Of a stretch of DNA of 64,000 nucleotides, positions 27,861-36,817 are shown piece by piece. A program made the translations under genes and the position numbers. The stretch is from the sequence record PP496440.1; one strand, written 5' to 3'. The notes beneath the pieces are model-generated. The model made no database searches, was not told the origin of the DNA, and worked only from the letters and a program-made list of their open reading frames with translations. Numbering within the stretch: position 1 is the first letter of the stretch; the number at the start of each line of letters is the position of its first letter.

Positions 27861-28270
27861 TGAAAAGCCGGGTAGGGATTCCGGTCGGGGAAACCTTGGT
27901 TTTCGAAGATAGGACCAATGCTAACAATCTTGGTCAGCTCTATAAGATCACCGTTAAGAACGTGGTGTTCCATCACATTCAAGGTGAACTCGCCCGGACC
28001 GTAGAATTGTGTATGGAGATCGTGGATGGGAAAGGTGTTGTCGCTCGGCAACAGACTTTCTTCACCCAGCAGAACAGCCCTTTCCCGTTTGGTAAGCTCT
28101 CGCTAACCGTGGGGATGGTCAGCAAGTCAAGAGTCAGCAAGTCCATGGTAATCCTGGCCTGCATTCACCCGCACTGGATGAAAGTGTACCCGGAGAACCA
28201 AAGCTTCCCGCTCACCACGCGGGACGTGATCAATCATGAGCCTGAGTTGAAAGCCCAAGCATGTGTATAA
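27860..28270 (+). CDS. Hypothetical protein under hairpin translational control
   Basis: GGAGG RBS, 136 aa. Confidence 0.7.
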   Translation: MKSRVGIPVGETLVFEDRTNANNLGQLYKITVKNVVFHHIQGELARTVELCMEIVDGKGVVARQQTFFTQQNSPFPFGKLSLTVGMVSKSRVSKSMVILACIHPHWMKVYPENQSFPLTTRDVINHEPELKAQACV

Positions 28271-28282
28271 GCAGCGACCCAC

Positions 28283-28312
28283 GCCCGCCCCGGTAGCCCC
28301 GAGGTGGGCTTT
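28283..28312 (+). terminator. Intrinsic terminator
   Basis: GCCCGCC/GGTGGGC stem plus T residues. Confidence 0.65.
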
Positions 28313-28351
28313 CCCGTTTTAGGGTCTTGAAAAATATTTTATACTGCCCAC

Positions 28352-28380
28352 TTGACACTATGAAATATACCTGACATAAT
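28352..28380 (+). promoter_or_regulatory. Sigma70-type early promoter
   Basis: TTGACA-N17-CATAAT, TG extension, AT-rich UP element at 28330-28345. Confidence 0.8.
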
Positions 28381-28469
28381 GGTGCCATGCTGGGGCTTCA
28401 TGGGCTGGTAAACAATGATGCCAGCAACCCCACCATCACCACTACCGATGTCCTTTAGGAGATGCACCG

Positions 28470-30371
28470 ATGTCCAATACTTCCAAGGTTACCGCGCTGT
28501 CCACCTTCAAGATTTCCAAACTGACCCAATCTATTTTGGATATCCTGAAGAAAGATGGCTCGATGTCGCTCAGCGAATACGGCGAGCTGCCGTTGCAGGT
28601 GGGTTTGGCAACCGAGGTATTGCTTCACGCTGATTGCCCCGCCAATACAGTGTTCAGCATCAAGGGCCGTTCCGTCGGTCGCTACGTTGAACTGACTCAT
28701 CTCGATGTGGCCGACAAGATCAAGCCGGACCCACTCGCCAGCATCGGTGCCACCAGCGCCGCTCAGGTACCCGCAGCATTCGACGGCGAAATCAAACTGA
28801 TGTATCTCGCCATCCCTACTACCACCGAAATGGATGCAGACGGCCTGCTCGAATACGTCGAAGAGATGATCGACACCATTCGCGAATCGCTCGTTTCCGA
28901 AGGCTACTCCCCCGAGGAACGTGAGACGCTGATCGGCGTGCACAAAGACTTCGTCGAGCATACCAGTGAAGTGCACGTGTTCATCGATCTGGACATCCTC
29001 GAAGACGCGAAGTACAGCGTCACTCTCGATGAGTACTTCGAAGCTGATGCCTACGAGAAGTTCGACAGCGACGAGTACGACGAGAAGTATCGCTTGCCTG
29101 AACTGTTGCGCGGCCTGCCAGATGACGTCATGCTGCAACTGGCGGCGAAGCTCGACATCAAGAAGGGCACCACCAAGAAGTCGAAGCTGACCACGGCCAG
29201 CATCACCGAGGCCATCCTCAAGCTCGACACCGAAGTCGTCAAAGCGGCTATCTCCGAGCTGATCGATCCGGCTGCTGTCGAAACCACGGAAGGCGCCGAC
29301 GCCGACTTGGCCGAGACCCTCAGCGGCTTGACGGCCAAGCAACTGCGTGAGGTGGCAGAGCACATGGAGCTGGAAGTCGGCAAGAAGGACAAGTCCGAAG
29401 CCATCACCACGCTGATCCTCGCCGAAGAAGAAGGCGACGTGATCGATGCACTGGACGCACTGGGCTTGCTGGAAGATGAGACCCCGGAAGGCGGCGGTGT
29501 TTCCGAGGAAGAATCGTTGGAGGACATCCTGAAAGGTCTGGACGACGCCGACGTTCGTGCCACGGCCAAAGCGTTGAAGCTGACCGTGCCGAAGAAGACA
29601 ACGCTGGAAGGTGTTATCGCCCTGTTGCTGGAAGAAGATGCGAACGACGTAGCGGAAGCGCTGGTTGATCTGGGCTTCGTCGAAGCGGAGGAAGAAGAGG
29701 AGCAACCGGAAACTCCACCGGCTGACGACGAGGAAGAAGAGGAGCAGGAAGAGGAAGAAGAACTCGACACCGTGGAGCTGGAGAACGCACTGGCCGAGCT
29801 GGACGTTGACCAGATGACCGTCGTGATCGAAACGCTGGAACTGGAGCTGCCGAAGAAGTCGACGCTGGCAACCCTGACCAAGGTGATCATGGACTCCGTG
29901 ACCGACGCCGAAACGCTGGAAGCGGCAACCGACGCCGTGGCAGAGGAAGCTGGCGAGGGTGAGGAAGGTGAGTCGCTGGAAACGCTGTACAGCGTGCTGG
30001 TCGATCTGAAGGCAACCCGTGGCAATGCGGCAACCCGCAAGGAAGCACTGGCCGAGATGTCGGAAACCGACTTGACCGAAGCCAAGCGCAAAGACGTGGT
30101 CGCCCTGTTCGCCATCGCCGAGATGACCGAGCTGGACGAAGACGCTCAGGAGTTGATCGCTCGACTGGCCGGTGAAGAGTCGGAGCTGAACGAAACCGTG
30201 CTGGGTTACTTCACCAAGGTGTTCGCCAAGCTGATCGCTGACGACGCCCCGGAAGAAGTGGCAACGCCGAAGCCGACTGGCAAAGGTAAATTGGCAGGCA
30301 CTGTCACTGCCAACGCAGCCAAACCGGCAGGCAAGGGTCCAACCACCCGCAAGCCAGCCAGCAAGAAGTAA
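28470..30371 (+). CDS. Very acidic protein with 4-5 HeH/Rho-N-like helical repeats
   Basis: Repeats such as LSGLTAKQLREVAEHMELEVGKKDKSEAITTLI separated by poly-Glu linkers; basic tail. Confidence 0.85.
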   Translation: MSNTSKVTALSTFKISKLTQSILDILKKDGSMSLSEYGELPLQVGLATEVLLHADCPANTVFSIKGRSVGRYVELTHLDVADKIKPDPLASIGATSAAQVPAAFDGEIKLMYLAIPTTTEMDADGLLEYVEEMIDTIRESLVSEGYSPEERETLIGVHKDFVEHTSEVHVFIDLDILEDAKYSVTLDEYFEADAYEKFDSDEYDEKYRLPELLRGLPDDVMLQLAAKLDIKKGTTKKSKLTTASITEAILKLDTEVVKAAISELIDPAAVETTEGADADLAETLSGLTAKQLREVAEHMELEVGKKDKSEAITTLILAEEEGDVIDALDALGLLEDETPEGGGVSEEESLEDILKGLDDADVRATAKALKLTVPKKTTLEGVIALLLEEDANDVAEALVDLGFVEAEEEEEQPETPPADDEEEEEQEEEEELDTVELENALAELDVDQMTVVIETLELELPKKSTLATLTKVIMDSVTDAETLEAATDAVAEEAGEGEEGESLETLYSVLVDLKATRGNAATRKEALAEMSETDLTEAKRKDVVALFAIAEMTELDEDAQELIARLAGEESELNETVLGYFTKVFAKLIADDAPEEVATPKPTGKGKLAGTVTANAAKPAGKGPTTRKPASKK

Positions 30372-30391
30372 CTGACTGACCCGCTGCACCG

Positions 30392-30418
30392 TGCCCCGGT
30401 TTCGACTGGGGCATTTTT
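30392..30418 (+). terminator. Intrinsic terminator
   Basis: TGCCCCGGT-TTCG-ACTGGGGCA followed by TTTTT. Confidence 0.85.
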
Positions 30419-30451
30419 CTCTCAAGCCCCACTGTCCCATTGAGGTGATCC

Positions 30452-30865
30452 ATGTTCAAGCATTATGTGTCTGGTCCTAGCAGTAAAGAACCCGCCGATC
30501 TTCCCCCACATCTGGCACACTGGCATAAGCACTCCACCAAGGTGATGAGCATGCTGTGGACGGTCAAGTCAACCCCCGAGCAGATGAAGGAGCGTCGGGT
30601 AGCTCATGGGTCTATCCAGCTGACGGAACTGAAATCTCAGGAGGGTGAAGAGGTAGGAATCCATGGGTACACGTACCCTATGCCCGACCGCTACTTGATC
30701 CACATCTCTAACTGGGCGGTGTATCGCGGCAAGCACCCGAGCAATGAGATCAAGGATTGGCTGAACCCGGACCATGCCTATGAGGTGTACGAGTTCACCA
30801 CGATCAATGAGGCATTTGCCTTCCTCGCCCTTTTCACCGCCGACAAGATCTGCGTCCAACGCTGA
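30452..30865 (+). CDS. Hypothetical protein
   Basis: CTGTCCCATTGAGGTGATCC leader. Confidence 0.75.
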   Translation: MFKHYVSGPSSKEPADLPPHLAHWHKHSTKVMSMLWTVKSTPEQMKERRVAHGSIQLTELKSQEGEEVGIHGYTYPMPDRYLIHISNWAVYRGKHPSNEIKDWLNPDHAYEVYEFTTINEAFAFLALFTADKICVQR

Positions 30866-30894
30866 TCCACTCCCTGTCCCAATGAGGTGTCACC

Positions 30895-31131
30895 ATGCCA
30901 ATGTCATTCCCAGATATGCAGTCCCTGATCAACCGTGCCGAACAACGAGGCTTCCGTCGCCCGCTCAAAGCGGAAACCGAAGAGGAGTTCCGCAACGCGC
31001 TGGCAGACCATATGCTCAACATCGACCGTGTGGAATCCGCCGAGATCCGTTCGGGCAAGGGCTGGGACCAGCAAGACCAGCGCTCCATGCTGTCGGCCAT
31101 GGGAATCGATCTCAAGGATTTTGAGCTGTGA
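30895..31131 (+). CDS. Hypothetical protein
   Basis: CTGTCCCAATGAGG leader. Confidence 0.75.
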   Translation: MPMSFPDMQSLINRAEQRGFRRPLKAETEEEFRNALADHMLNIDRVESAEIRSGKGWDQQDQRSMLSAMGIDLKDFEL

Positions 31132-31421
31132 TCCGGGCGCTGCTGGTGCTGGCACTGGCAAGCGTACTGGCGGGCTGTGCGGGCAACCAATACGAGCCGT
31201 CGCAGGCGGCCGTTTACGGGGATTGCCGGACCCAAACCATACCAACGGTGGGCCACGGGCGTTACGAAGCGCCTGCGACGGCTCAGGAGCCCGTGGGTGG
31301 CGTGTATTATGACCCGGAACTGGTCGCCATGCGCCCCAGCTTCGGCACATCCGAGACCATGCGGCGTGTCCTCCCGCTGATCCGCATCTTGATCGGCCCG
31401 ACTTCTGACATCTATTTTTGA
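31128..31421 (+). CDS. Lipoprotein
   Basis: Signal peptide II with LAGC lipobox. Confidence 0.7.
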   Translation: MIRALLVLALASVLAGCAGNQYEPSQAAVYGDCRTQTIPTVGHGRYEAPATAQEPVGGVYYDPELVAMRPSFGTSETMRRVLPLIRILIGPTSDIYF

Positions 31422-31430
31422 GGTGACGCC

Positions 31431-31703
31431 ATGCTCATTAAACTGCCGCACAAAGTGTATGAAGGTCAGGACGCCATCACGCCACAAGGCGTCGTGGTTA
31501 AAGTGGTGGACTACGTGATAAAGAAGTCAGTAGTAGCCATCGTCAAAGTAAAGCCTTACGTGTACGGCACTGGGTCTTCTTCCGCCCCCGATTATCAGTT
31601 CTTCCCGGACACACGTACGGAAGAGTACGCCCCGGATGAGTTGACCTTTCTTCTACCCGGCACAGGTGAAGCCTACACGCTTCCCAACGACTATGAGGTA
31701 TAA
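31431..31703 (+). CDS. Hypothetical protein
   Basis: GAGGTGA RBS. Confidence 0.7.
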   Translation: MLIKLPHKVYEGQDAITPQGVVVKVVDYVIKKSVVAIVKVKPYVYGTGSSSAPDYQFFPDTRTEEYAPDELTFLLPGTGEAYTLPNDYEV

Positions 31704-31706
31704 CCC

Positions 31707-32858
31707 ATGACTTCCAACACTTCTGAATCTTTCGCATTCGTGGAAGGCGGTGCAAACGAACTGGCTCGACTGATCAACCAAGAGATCACGGAATGCCAGT
31801 CCATGGGCGCTGATGAAGGTTCGTTCGCCATTCATACGGCGGGGCGTTATCAGGTACAGATTCGTGTCACCCGCGAATACGACAACAAGCTCGACACTCT
31901 GATGTCGGGTGTGGCAGTCCCCGCGTCGGACGAAGCTGAAGAATCGGATGACGACGATGAAGATGATGACGATGCGGACAACGAGGAAGAGCTGGCCGCA
32001 TTCATCAAGGACGACGAAGATCGGGAGGAACGTGAAGAGGAGGAAGCGCTCGACCGGGAAGTGCACGACGAGATCATGGCCGGTCAGGCCAGTCGGAACG
32101 TGGAAGAGCTGCGCACACCGCTGCTGGAACTGTCCATGCTAGGCCTGGTGACGTTGCGTAACCATCTGGAAAAGTCTGTAGGGAAACAATCCACTGCCGG
32201 GCTCTTCTTCACCCTCATGGGCAAGGAAGACCGTGTGGATGCAATTCTTGACTCCTACACGTCCGAGCAGATCACCGCAGCACTCGAAGCCGTCGGGCTG
32301 ACTAAACCTCACCCGGATCGTGACGTAGAAGAGTTGTTCGGGGAAGACCTAATCCTTACGGGATACAACAAGGAGCAGACCGAGATCGCTGACATGCTGG
32401 TCAATAAGTCGGGTGCTGCCTTGAACTTGATCCACCGTGGCTTGAAAACGATGAGTCTGGATGAGTCGCCGTTTGACCCCATGACCAAGGTGAAGCGGAT
32501 TCGTGCCATCCTTGCATATCCAGTAGGTCATATCCGGGCTGTGATTAGATCTAGCAATCTGGATACGCGGACCGACTTCGAACGCCACGACCCGGACCAC
32601 GCTCTGGTCACCAGTGCCACCCGCACCAAAGAGCGGTGTGTCCAGTTGGCTAAGCTATCCCGTGAAGACCTGCTTCGACTGATCGAACTGATAGAGCAAG
32701 GTGAAGGTAAGGCAGGTATTGTAACGACGGCGGGCACGCATATCTCCACGCTCATCGATCACCTGGTGGACTACTACACCCACGCTCAGGTGCAGGCTGC
32801 GGCTAAGGAACTGGGCGTCAAACTGGGTAGCGCTAACGTGAAAGGTCCAGAGCTGTGA
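31707..32858 (+). CDS. Acidic protein with three helical repeats similar in style to 28470..30371
   Basis: Poly-D/E tract followed by three L..L....L..L...K..I..IL repeats. Confidence 0.8.
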   Translation: MTSNTSESFAFVEGGANELARLINQEITECQSMGADEGSFAIHTAGRYQVQIRVTREYDNKLDTLMSGVAVPASDEAEESDDDDEDDDDADNEEELAAFIKDDEDREEREEEEALDREVHDEIMAGQASRNVEELRTPLLELSMLGLVTLRNHLEKSVGKQSTAGLFFTLMGKEDRVDAILDSYTSEQITAALEAVGLTKPHPDRDVEELFGEDLILTGYNKEQTEIADMLVNKSGAALNLIHRGLKTMSLDESPFDPMTKVKRIRAILAYPVGHIRAVIRSSNLDTRTDFERHDPDHALVTSATRTKERCVQLAKLSREDLLRLIELIEQGEGKAGIVTTAGTHISTLIDHLVDYYTHAQVQAAAKELGVKLGSANVKGPEL

Positions 32859-33358
32859 TCGCGCCGTGGGTTGAGTACAAGATGATCAAGGCCTTCTACG
32901 GCGACCGTACCGCCGAGCGTAGTAAGGTGCCGCTGATACTTCACATCGATGAGGGTCTTGCCATACTTGAAAAGCTGGAGGCCAACGAGACGGTGAAGCG
33001 CGCCTTCTGCTTGCACCCGATGCTTCAAGGTGATAAGGAGTTGAAGGCAAACTGGATTGCCATCTGCTTGAACCCAGCGGTGGATCGGGGCGCCATCTTG
33101 CTGGCAATGGAATACCGGCGAGCGGCAAACGCATACCTGTGCACGGAGGATACGGACCACTTCCTGCTGGACACTGCCCGTAAGGCTATCGGGTTGCTGA
33201 TGCCAGAGGTTCGTCAGATGCTTATTGCGGACAAGCGCCAGAATCAAAAGGACTTCCTCATTCATCACGCGGAGACCCACCCGCGCCGGAATCAACTTGA
33301 CGTCTACTTCAAACGCTGGTTACTTATCTTGGAGGGACCACCCAGTGGAAAGCCCTGA
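32855..33358 (+). CDS. HD-fold-like protein (Mesh1/SAH-like spacing, HD->HP)
   Basis: PLILHIDEGLAIL, AFCLHP, LIADKRQN. Confidence 0.5.
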   Translation: MIAPWVEYKMIKAFYGDRTAERSKVPLILHIDEGLAILEKLEANETVKRAFCLHPMLQGDKELKANWIAICLNPAVDRGAILLAMEYRRAANAYLCTEDTDHFLLDTARKAIGLLMPEVRQMLIADKRQNQKDFLIHHAETHPRRNQLDVYFKRWLLILEGPPSGKP

Positions 33359-33548
33359 CCTTATCTTCCCCGACGGAATGCCCACCACGCCGCAAGGTTG
33401 GGACTGCTACATTCTGATGCTTCGGATGTTGATGACCGAGCAGGAGGCAGCGATGGAAAAGGAGATGAATGAGCTGCGCCGACATCGGGCATTGACGTAC
33501 AGCGAAGGTCCGATGTTCCCCGTTTACGACCCTGCTGATCACTATTGA
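33345..33548 (+). CDS. Hypothetical protein
   Basis: GGAGG RBS before GTG. Confidence 0.55.
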   Translation: MESPDLIFPDGMPTTPQGWDCYILMLRMLMTEQEAAMEKEMNELRRHRALTYSEGPMFPVYDPADHY

Positions 33549-33557
33549 TCGAACCTG

Positions 33558-33589
33558 AACCCGCCGGTCCCAAGCCGTGCGGGTTTTTT
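33558..33589 (+). terminator. Intrinsic terminator
   Basis: AACCCGC/GCGGGTT stem followed by TTTT. Confidence 0.8.
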
Positions 33590-33642
33590 CGTCTCCAGCG
33601 TCCGGTAAATGAGATGTATAAATCCACACTGGAGTCAATACA

Positions 33643-33837
33643 ATGAGACGTCCTTGGCGATTCATCGGTGCCTTATTTTTCACCTTCTGCTTTCTCCTCT
33701 TTGCCATGGGCATGGGGTCTGCCATCACAACCGCGGGTTCTGAATACCCCAAACTGATAGGGATTACCTTTTCCCTTTTAACGACAACCCTGATTGCCAT
33801 CTTGTGGCAGTACGTCCGTGACGGGGAGGACTTATGA
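33643..33837 (+). CDS. Small 2-TM membrane protein
   Basis: Two hydrophobic segments; GGAG RBS. Confidence 0.65.
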   Translation: MRRPWRFIGALFFTFCFLLFAMGMGSAITTAGSEYPKLIGITFSLLTTTLIAILWQYVRDGEDL

Positions 33838-34025
33838 AACGCTTTCTAGTAATAATGGTCTTTACGATAGGCTACCCTCTATTCCTCGAAGCATTGGTGG
33901 AAGCAGATGGGACTGTCGTTAACGTACCCTTTCTCTTGAAGCTGGTACTGCAAGTTGTTGTGTTCTTCCACGCGGCTAGTTCTTATGACATGCTGTTTCC
34001 AGAGGGTAGAGTCCGTGGCCGTTAA
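33834..34025 (+). CDS. Small 2-TM membrane protein
   Basis: Two hydrophobic segments; ATGA overlap with upstream gene. Confidence 0.6.
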   Translation: MKRFLVIMVFTIGYPLFLEALVEADGTVVNVPFLLKLVLQVVVFFHAASSYDMLFPEGRVRGR

Positions 34026-35085
34026 AGAGACCAGTGTCGTACATATCGGTGACCTTCACCTGAACAAGCTGGACCGGGTGTTCGGCGACAAGGCACTGGA
34101 CTACCAGTTCGCCGAGATCAGGAAGCCGCTCGACTACGCCGTGGAGAAGGGCATCAAGCATGTCATCTTCCTCGGCGACATCGCCGACAAGCCCCGCATG
34201 ACAGAGGAAGCCTTGATCCGGCTGGTGCTCCTGCTCCGAGAATACACCGACAAGGATCGCGTCCTCCATCTGATCAAGGGCAACCATGATGTTGAGAACA
34301 AGGAACGTCACTCGCTACGCGGGCTGGAAGACCTGTGCAAAGCGGGTATGCTCCCCAATGTTCACATCTACACCGACCCCGCGCTGGTATGGATCGATGG
34401 ATGCCCGATCAACTTCGCCCCGTTCCCGTCCACAAGCGCGCAGGCGGACGCTTTGAACATCGGCCACTTCGATACCCCCGGCACCATCCGGGATAACGGC
34501 CACGTGGCGCCTGGGGACTTGCCGCCCGCACGGGATCAATGGGTGATTGGTCACCTGCACACGCCGCAGGAAGGGAACCGCAGGCATTACGCGGGTACCT
34601 TGTACCAACTAAGCCGAGCCGAGCAGCGGATCAAGAGTTTCACCGTCAGCCGTCTCAAGTACGACACCAAAGCCAAGGTGGGTAGCCGACTGACCGTACG
34701 CCACCAGCGCGTACCTGTTACTCCCGAATTCCAGTTCGTCAACGTTGAGGTTGTTCGCCTACGTGACCTCGAACAAGTGACGGACAACCCTTTGCATCTG
34801 CACACGGTGTGGGTAAAATCCAAGGTGGAACTTCCGGCCACGTGGTTGCAGCAACACCCCAACGTTATTGACCTGATCCCGTACAGCAACAAGAAGCAGC
34901 TCAAGGAACTCCAGAGTACGGGCATCGAGAAAGTAGACCTTGAGCTGGACAAGATGTTCGATCAATACGTCACCGATAAGTTCTCCCTGACTCCCCAAGA
35001 GTTGAAATTTGCTCAGTACACGGTGAACAGGTACCATGGTCAGATTACAAAGAGTACCCTATCTGATATTTCATCAGAAGGTTAA
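34015..35085 (+). CDS. sbcD: SbcD/Mre11 (gp47-like) metallophosphoesterase nuclease
   Basis: GDLH, LGDI.D, GNHD, GHFD, GHLH, YAGTL motifs. Confidence 0.85.
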   Translation: MAVKETSVVHIGDLHLNKLDRVFGDKALDYQFAEIRKPLDYAVEKGIKHVIFLGDIADKPRMTEEALIRLVLLLREYTDKDRVLHLIKGNHDVENKERHSLRGLEDLCKAGMLPNVHIYTDPALVWIDGCPINFAPFPSTSAQADALNIGHFDTPGTIRDNGHVAPGDLPPARDQWVIGHLHTPQEGNRRHYAGTLYQLSRAEQRIKSFTVSRLKYDTKAKVGSRLTVRHQRVPVTPEFQFVNVEVVRLRDLEQVTDNPLHLHTVWVKSKVELPATWLQQHPNVIDLIPYSNKKQLKELQSTGIEKVDLELDKMFDQYVTDKFSLTPQELKFAQYTVNRYHGQITKSTLSDISSEG

Positions 35086-35213
35086 GGCTTGCAAGGTACA
35101 GCGTCCGGTGCCAATGGGCCGGGAATACGTAAACAAGAAAGGTGAGGTTGTTGGACTGGCTGAATACCATCGCCATGACAGACCCATCTACTACATACCA
35201 ATTGAGGTTAGCG

Positions 35214-35795
35214 ATGAACAGAACAGTAGTCAAGCTCGGGATTCGGGCGCTCAAGCTGCGAGAGATGTATACGTCGAGTGACTGGCACGTCTCGTTCGAC
35301 TTGAAACTCGCCAAAGATTTCCTTGATAAGCAGGCTACGGAAACCTACATCAAGCTGGCGCAGTCCGTAGAAGGTTGCTACTTCCTCGACGTAGCGGAAG
35401 ACGGGAACCCTATCAAGCAGGTTGATCCGGTGTACGTAGAGCTTAGTCTGGCAATTAAGTCTACAGCAATCATTTCGTTCGCCAAGGCACTGATGGCTAC
35501 GGAAGGTAATCTGTTCAGTGGGATACTGGCCGAGCTTCAGAACATGGGGTTGATTGCGTTCGGGATGGTACAGATTCCTGATCCTAGGTTCCTCATCACC
35601 CGGCCCACGCTGGACGAAGGTGAAGTGCCGGAAGGTAAGGTGTACTTGCTTCAAGGTCACGGGACGAAGCTGTTCAAGAAGCTTAGTATCGCCACCACGA
35701 TCCCTGTAGACCCACAAGGTAATCCGATAGGTCTCGCGGAACCCGTGCACGTAAACTGGCCTGCTCAACTACTTGAGGTGCACTTCGATGACTGA
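35214..35795 (+). CDS. Hypothetical protein
   Basis: GAGG RBS. Confidence 0.7.
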   Translation: MNRTVVKLGIRALKLREMYTSSDWHVSFDLKLAKDFLDKQATETYIKLAQSVEGCYFLDVAEDGNPIKQVDPVYVELSLAIKSTAIISFAKALMATEGNLFSGILAELQNMGLIAFGMVQIPDPRFLITRPTLDEGEVPEGKVYLLQGHGTKLFKKLSIATTIPVDPQGNPIGLAEPVHVNWPAQLLEVHFDD

Positions 35796-36771
35796 GACAT
35801 GGGAACAACGCCGCCGCCGAATCATGGCGGAGATCAATGCGGAGGAATCTGCCAAAGAGCAGGACCGCCAGAAGGTGACCGTCAAGCATACGAAGTGGAT
35901 GCCGCCAGCAGGTATGGTTCGGGGTAGTCTGGCCAATCATACATTGTCGCCGCAACCGTTCAATCCCCAGGCCAACGTGCACAAGCTGATCCACGTCTTG
36001 ACTCATGCCAAGGAAGAGATCAAGCGCTCGGATCGACTGGTAACCCTGTTCCTACCCGGCGACAACACGACCCGAATGCTGGAGCGGGATGCCGCACTTA
36101 CATGCCTGCGTAGCAATGAGGAAGGTTTCCCTTTCGTACGAGGTCTGGTGCACAGTACGCCCGAGTTCGAGATTGACTTCTTATCCCTTCGGCTTGACGA
36201 ATCTAGTCAGCAAGAGGCTTACGATAAAGGTGTGATCACTCCCGTATATCATCTCAGCCTAAAGGACAAGGCTAGTGTGTCGGGGTATTCGATCTACTCC
36301 GATGAGGATGTGATCACACCGTCGGTAGAGATTATCTACTGCATGGCTCGCTGTGTGTCGGCGATGTTCCGCAAGATCGTGGAACCTATCCTGACCGTGG
36401 ATATGAAAACACTGATGCTGGCTATCAATGCCTTCACTGATGAGTTCAACAGGCTGATAGCCCATCGGTACATGCAAGGCTGGGCGGCGCGCTACGAATT
36501 GAAAGGGTATGAGATAGTTATTCGACTGGTGCACGAAAAGGCGTTTAAGTCGTACACGCTTAATCTGGTGTTCGAACGGTCGGGTGTCCTGCTCCATCTG
36601 GTCACGCCCAACGACATCCTGACGGTCAACACCTACCGGTTGTTACTGGCGCTGCTCTATCCCGAGGTAAAGATGCCAGCGATCCTGCGCCGGGATCAGA
36701 CCACGGCGGGAGTCATGCCCTACTACTACTTCAACATCTTGCCCAGCGCCGGTTTCGAGCTGGATCTGTAA
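35788..36771 (+). CDS. Hypothetical protein
   Basis: GAGGTG RBS, 327 aa. Confidence 0.7.
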   Translation: MTETWEQRRRRIMAEINAEESAKEQDRQKVTVKHTKWMPPAGMVRGSLANHTLSPQPFNPQANVHKLIHVLTHAKEEIKRSDRLVTLFLPGDNTTRMLERDAALTCLRSNEEGFPFVRGLVHSTPEFEIDFLSLRLDESSQQEAYDKGVITPVYHLSLKDKASVSGYSIYSDEDVITPSVEIIYCMARCVSAMFRKIVEPILTVDMKTLMLAINAFTDEFNRLIAHRYMQGWAARYELKGYEIVIRLVHEKAFKSYTLNLVFERSGVLLHLVTPNDILTVNTYRLLLALLYPEVKMPAILRRDQTTAGVMPYYYFNILPSAGFELDL

Positions 36772-36817
36772 ATAACCAGCAGCAAGCTTACACACCTACC
36801 GAATAAGGATCAGACAG

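Noticed and set aside
28455-30440. 661-aa minus-strand ORF, and similar long antisense ORFs (5929-7401, 17334-18566, 36962-38023, 49910-51652)
   Set aside because: They are shadow frames of + strand genes whose C/G-ending codon bias depletes antisense stops; they have no RBS, motifs or plausible composition
35036-35281. ORF overlapping the sbcD end and the next gene
   Set aside because: It has no clear RBS and overlaps 35214..35795, which has a good RBS; left uncalled
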